Below the pieces are notes generated by a model that saw only the letters and a list, made by a program, of their open reading frames with translations, had not been told where the DNA came from and did no database searches. Positions 63,167-64,000 of a DNA stretch of 64,000 nucleotides are shown here, one piece after another (the stretch's first letter is position 1; each line of letters opens with the position of its first letter). Origin of the DNA: an uncultured Polyangiaceae bacterium (GTDB lineage Bacteria > Myxococcota_A > Polyangia > Polyangiales > Polyangiaceae). Position numbers and translations under genes: made by a program. Where the stretch lies: positions 49,426 through 113,425 of the forward strand of contig CAYVXY010000002.1 of the NCBI GenBank assembly GCA_964454965.1. Direction: 5' to 3'.

Positions 63167-64000
63167 TCAGAATCGATGCGTCAACTGCACGCTGGCGGGG
63201 CTCACCTGCAACGCGGTCGTGGGAGCAGATTTTGACCCCCCACTCAGGATGAGCCAGGTGCCCATACCGAGACCGACAATGCCGACTCCCAATCCCGCAT
63301 AACCAATCCCCCTCAGCGTTGCTTTCGGCGTTTCGTTGTCTATCCCGCTCTCGGGGCAACCCTGGGCCGTGCAACCTGCCTTAGAATTCCCGTAGCTTGG
63401 TGCCACAACGAGGCCAAGGCCAACGAAGGCTCCGACCCCAATGATTCCAACCGCACCAACGACGTAGCCGACTGTCCTGCGGTTCAAGTCTGATGTGTCG
63501 TGTGGATGGGTGGCAACCGCCTGCGCTCCCGGGCTATTGGTTACGGTTTTTTGCGCCGCATCCGCCTCGGCAGGTGGCGGATCCATGGTCAACTCCGAAC
63601 GCTCTCCGGCCTTGAGCGTGAGCTGCCTTGTGAGTTTGCGTCCATTAGCGAAAGTGACCTCGACCGCCACCGTTCCTGGTATCACCGGCTGCGGTTCCAA
63701 CCAGTTCGATGGCGCGATGGTCTCGCCCTGCAACTGCAACTGCATACCCTGACGAACGGTCACGTAGGCGAGCTTGTCCTTTATTTCGTCGATCTCCTTC
63801 TGAACCGTCTCGACCGTCTTCTTGTATTTCTTCTGGCTCGCCGCAAGCTCCGAGGCTTGTTTCAATGTGAGTGAGAGTTCTCGATAGGCTTCAGGAAGCC
63901 TTCCAAGCTTGATCAGCGCACGCCCCACCATCATGCGTGAGTTGGGGCTGGCAACGGTATCGTAGGACCGCCGGAAATGGGCGAGAGCGTCAGTAAGCTT
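63167..64000 (-). CDS. TPR-containing membrane protein, C-terminal part (5' end beyond the window)
   Basis: The frame stays open to nt 64000 (upstream ...KLTDALAHFRRSYDTVASPNSRMMVGRALIKLGRLPEAY is TPR-like). There is a coiled-coil stretch, a TM segment (VGYVVGAVGIIGVGAFVGLGLVV) and a second hydrophobic segment. It ends ...VQLTHRF. Confidence 0.7.
   Translation of the reverse strand, partial: KLTDALAHFRRSYDTVASPNSRMMVGRALIKLGRLPEAYRELSLTLKQASELAASQKKYKKTVETVQKEIDEIKDKLAYVTVRQGMQLQLQGETIAPSNWLEPQPVIPGTVAVEVTFANGRKLTRQLTLKAGERSELTMDPPPAEADAAQKTVTNSPGAQAVATHPHDTSDLNRRTVGYVVGAVGIIGVGAFVGLGLVVAPSYGNSKAGCTAQGCPESGIDNETPKATLRGIGYAGLGVGIVGLGMGTWLILSGGSKSAPTTALQVSPASVQLTHRF

Noticed and set aside
1-64000. 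The window starts with GGATCC (BamHI) and ends with AAGCTT (HindIII); search for rRNA and tRNA genes
   Set aside because: The terminal restriction sites most likely reflect a cloning or record boundary or coincidence, not biology. Scanning the larger intergenic regions by eye showed no tRNA cloverleaf-like or rRNA-like sequence.

Overview
This is a GC-rich (roughly 60-65% by eye), gene-dense 64-kb chromosomal window. The gene content points to a myxobacterium (Myxococcota), by inference only: a Hanks-type Ser/Thr kinase, a TIGR02266-type PilZ protein, ECF sigma/anti-sigma sets, two RpoH-like sigma paralogues, a fused membrane/spermidine-synthase protein, and many lipoproteins with a Cys lipobox followed by a Gly/Ser/Thr/Ala linker. 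I support about 50 protein-coding genes, one frameshifted IS200/IS605-type (HUH/Y1, RAYT-like) transposase gene and several tandem-repeat blocks. I found no rRNA, tRNA or CRISPR array. All domain calls come from motif recognition by eye; no BLAST or HMM search was possible. The ORF track omits ORFs that run off the window, and both ends carry partial genes. It also uses alternative start codons and lists many long shadow ORFs typical of GC-rich DNA. Most worth a second look: (1) a strictly phased (20/21-bp) array of nine AAGCTT-centred sites inside a 1.2-kb ORF-poor gap (38.8-40.0 kb) that also holds a 22-bp x3.5 and a 30-bp x3 tandem repeat; (2) a TIR-domain/HEAT-repeat gene overlapping a ChaN/erythromycin-esterase/Tiki-like lipoprotein gene (34.8-37.1 kb), a partner combination I do not know from described TIR systems; (3) a type III polyketide synthase operon (DUF2147 protein, PKS, a small His-rich membrane protein, UbiG-like methyltransferase); (4) a quinol-type NO reductase flanked by two paralogous RpoH-like sigma genes and a membrane-bound NIT-HAMP-PAS-HPt-CheA-type kinase, with a sigma-54-like promoter and a shared AT-rich 11-mer; (5) a 1496-aa P-type ATPase whose N-terminal half looks like a catalytically dead copy of the ATPase scaffold; (6) a decayed Y1-transposase locus with a perfect hairpin and 62-bp repeats sharing the 8-mer TTCACGCC.
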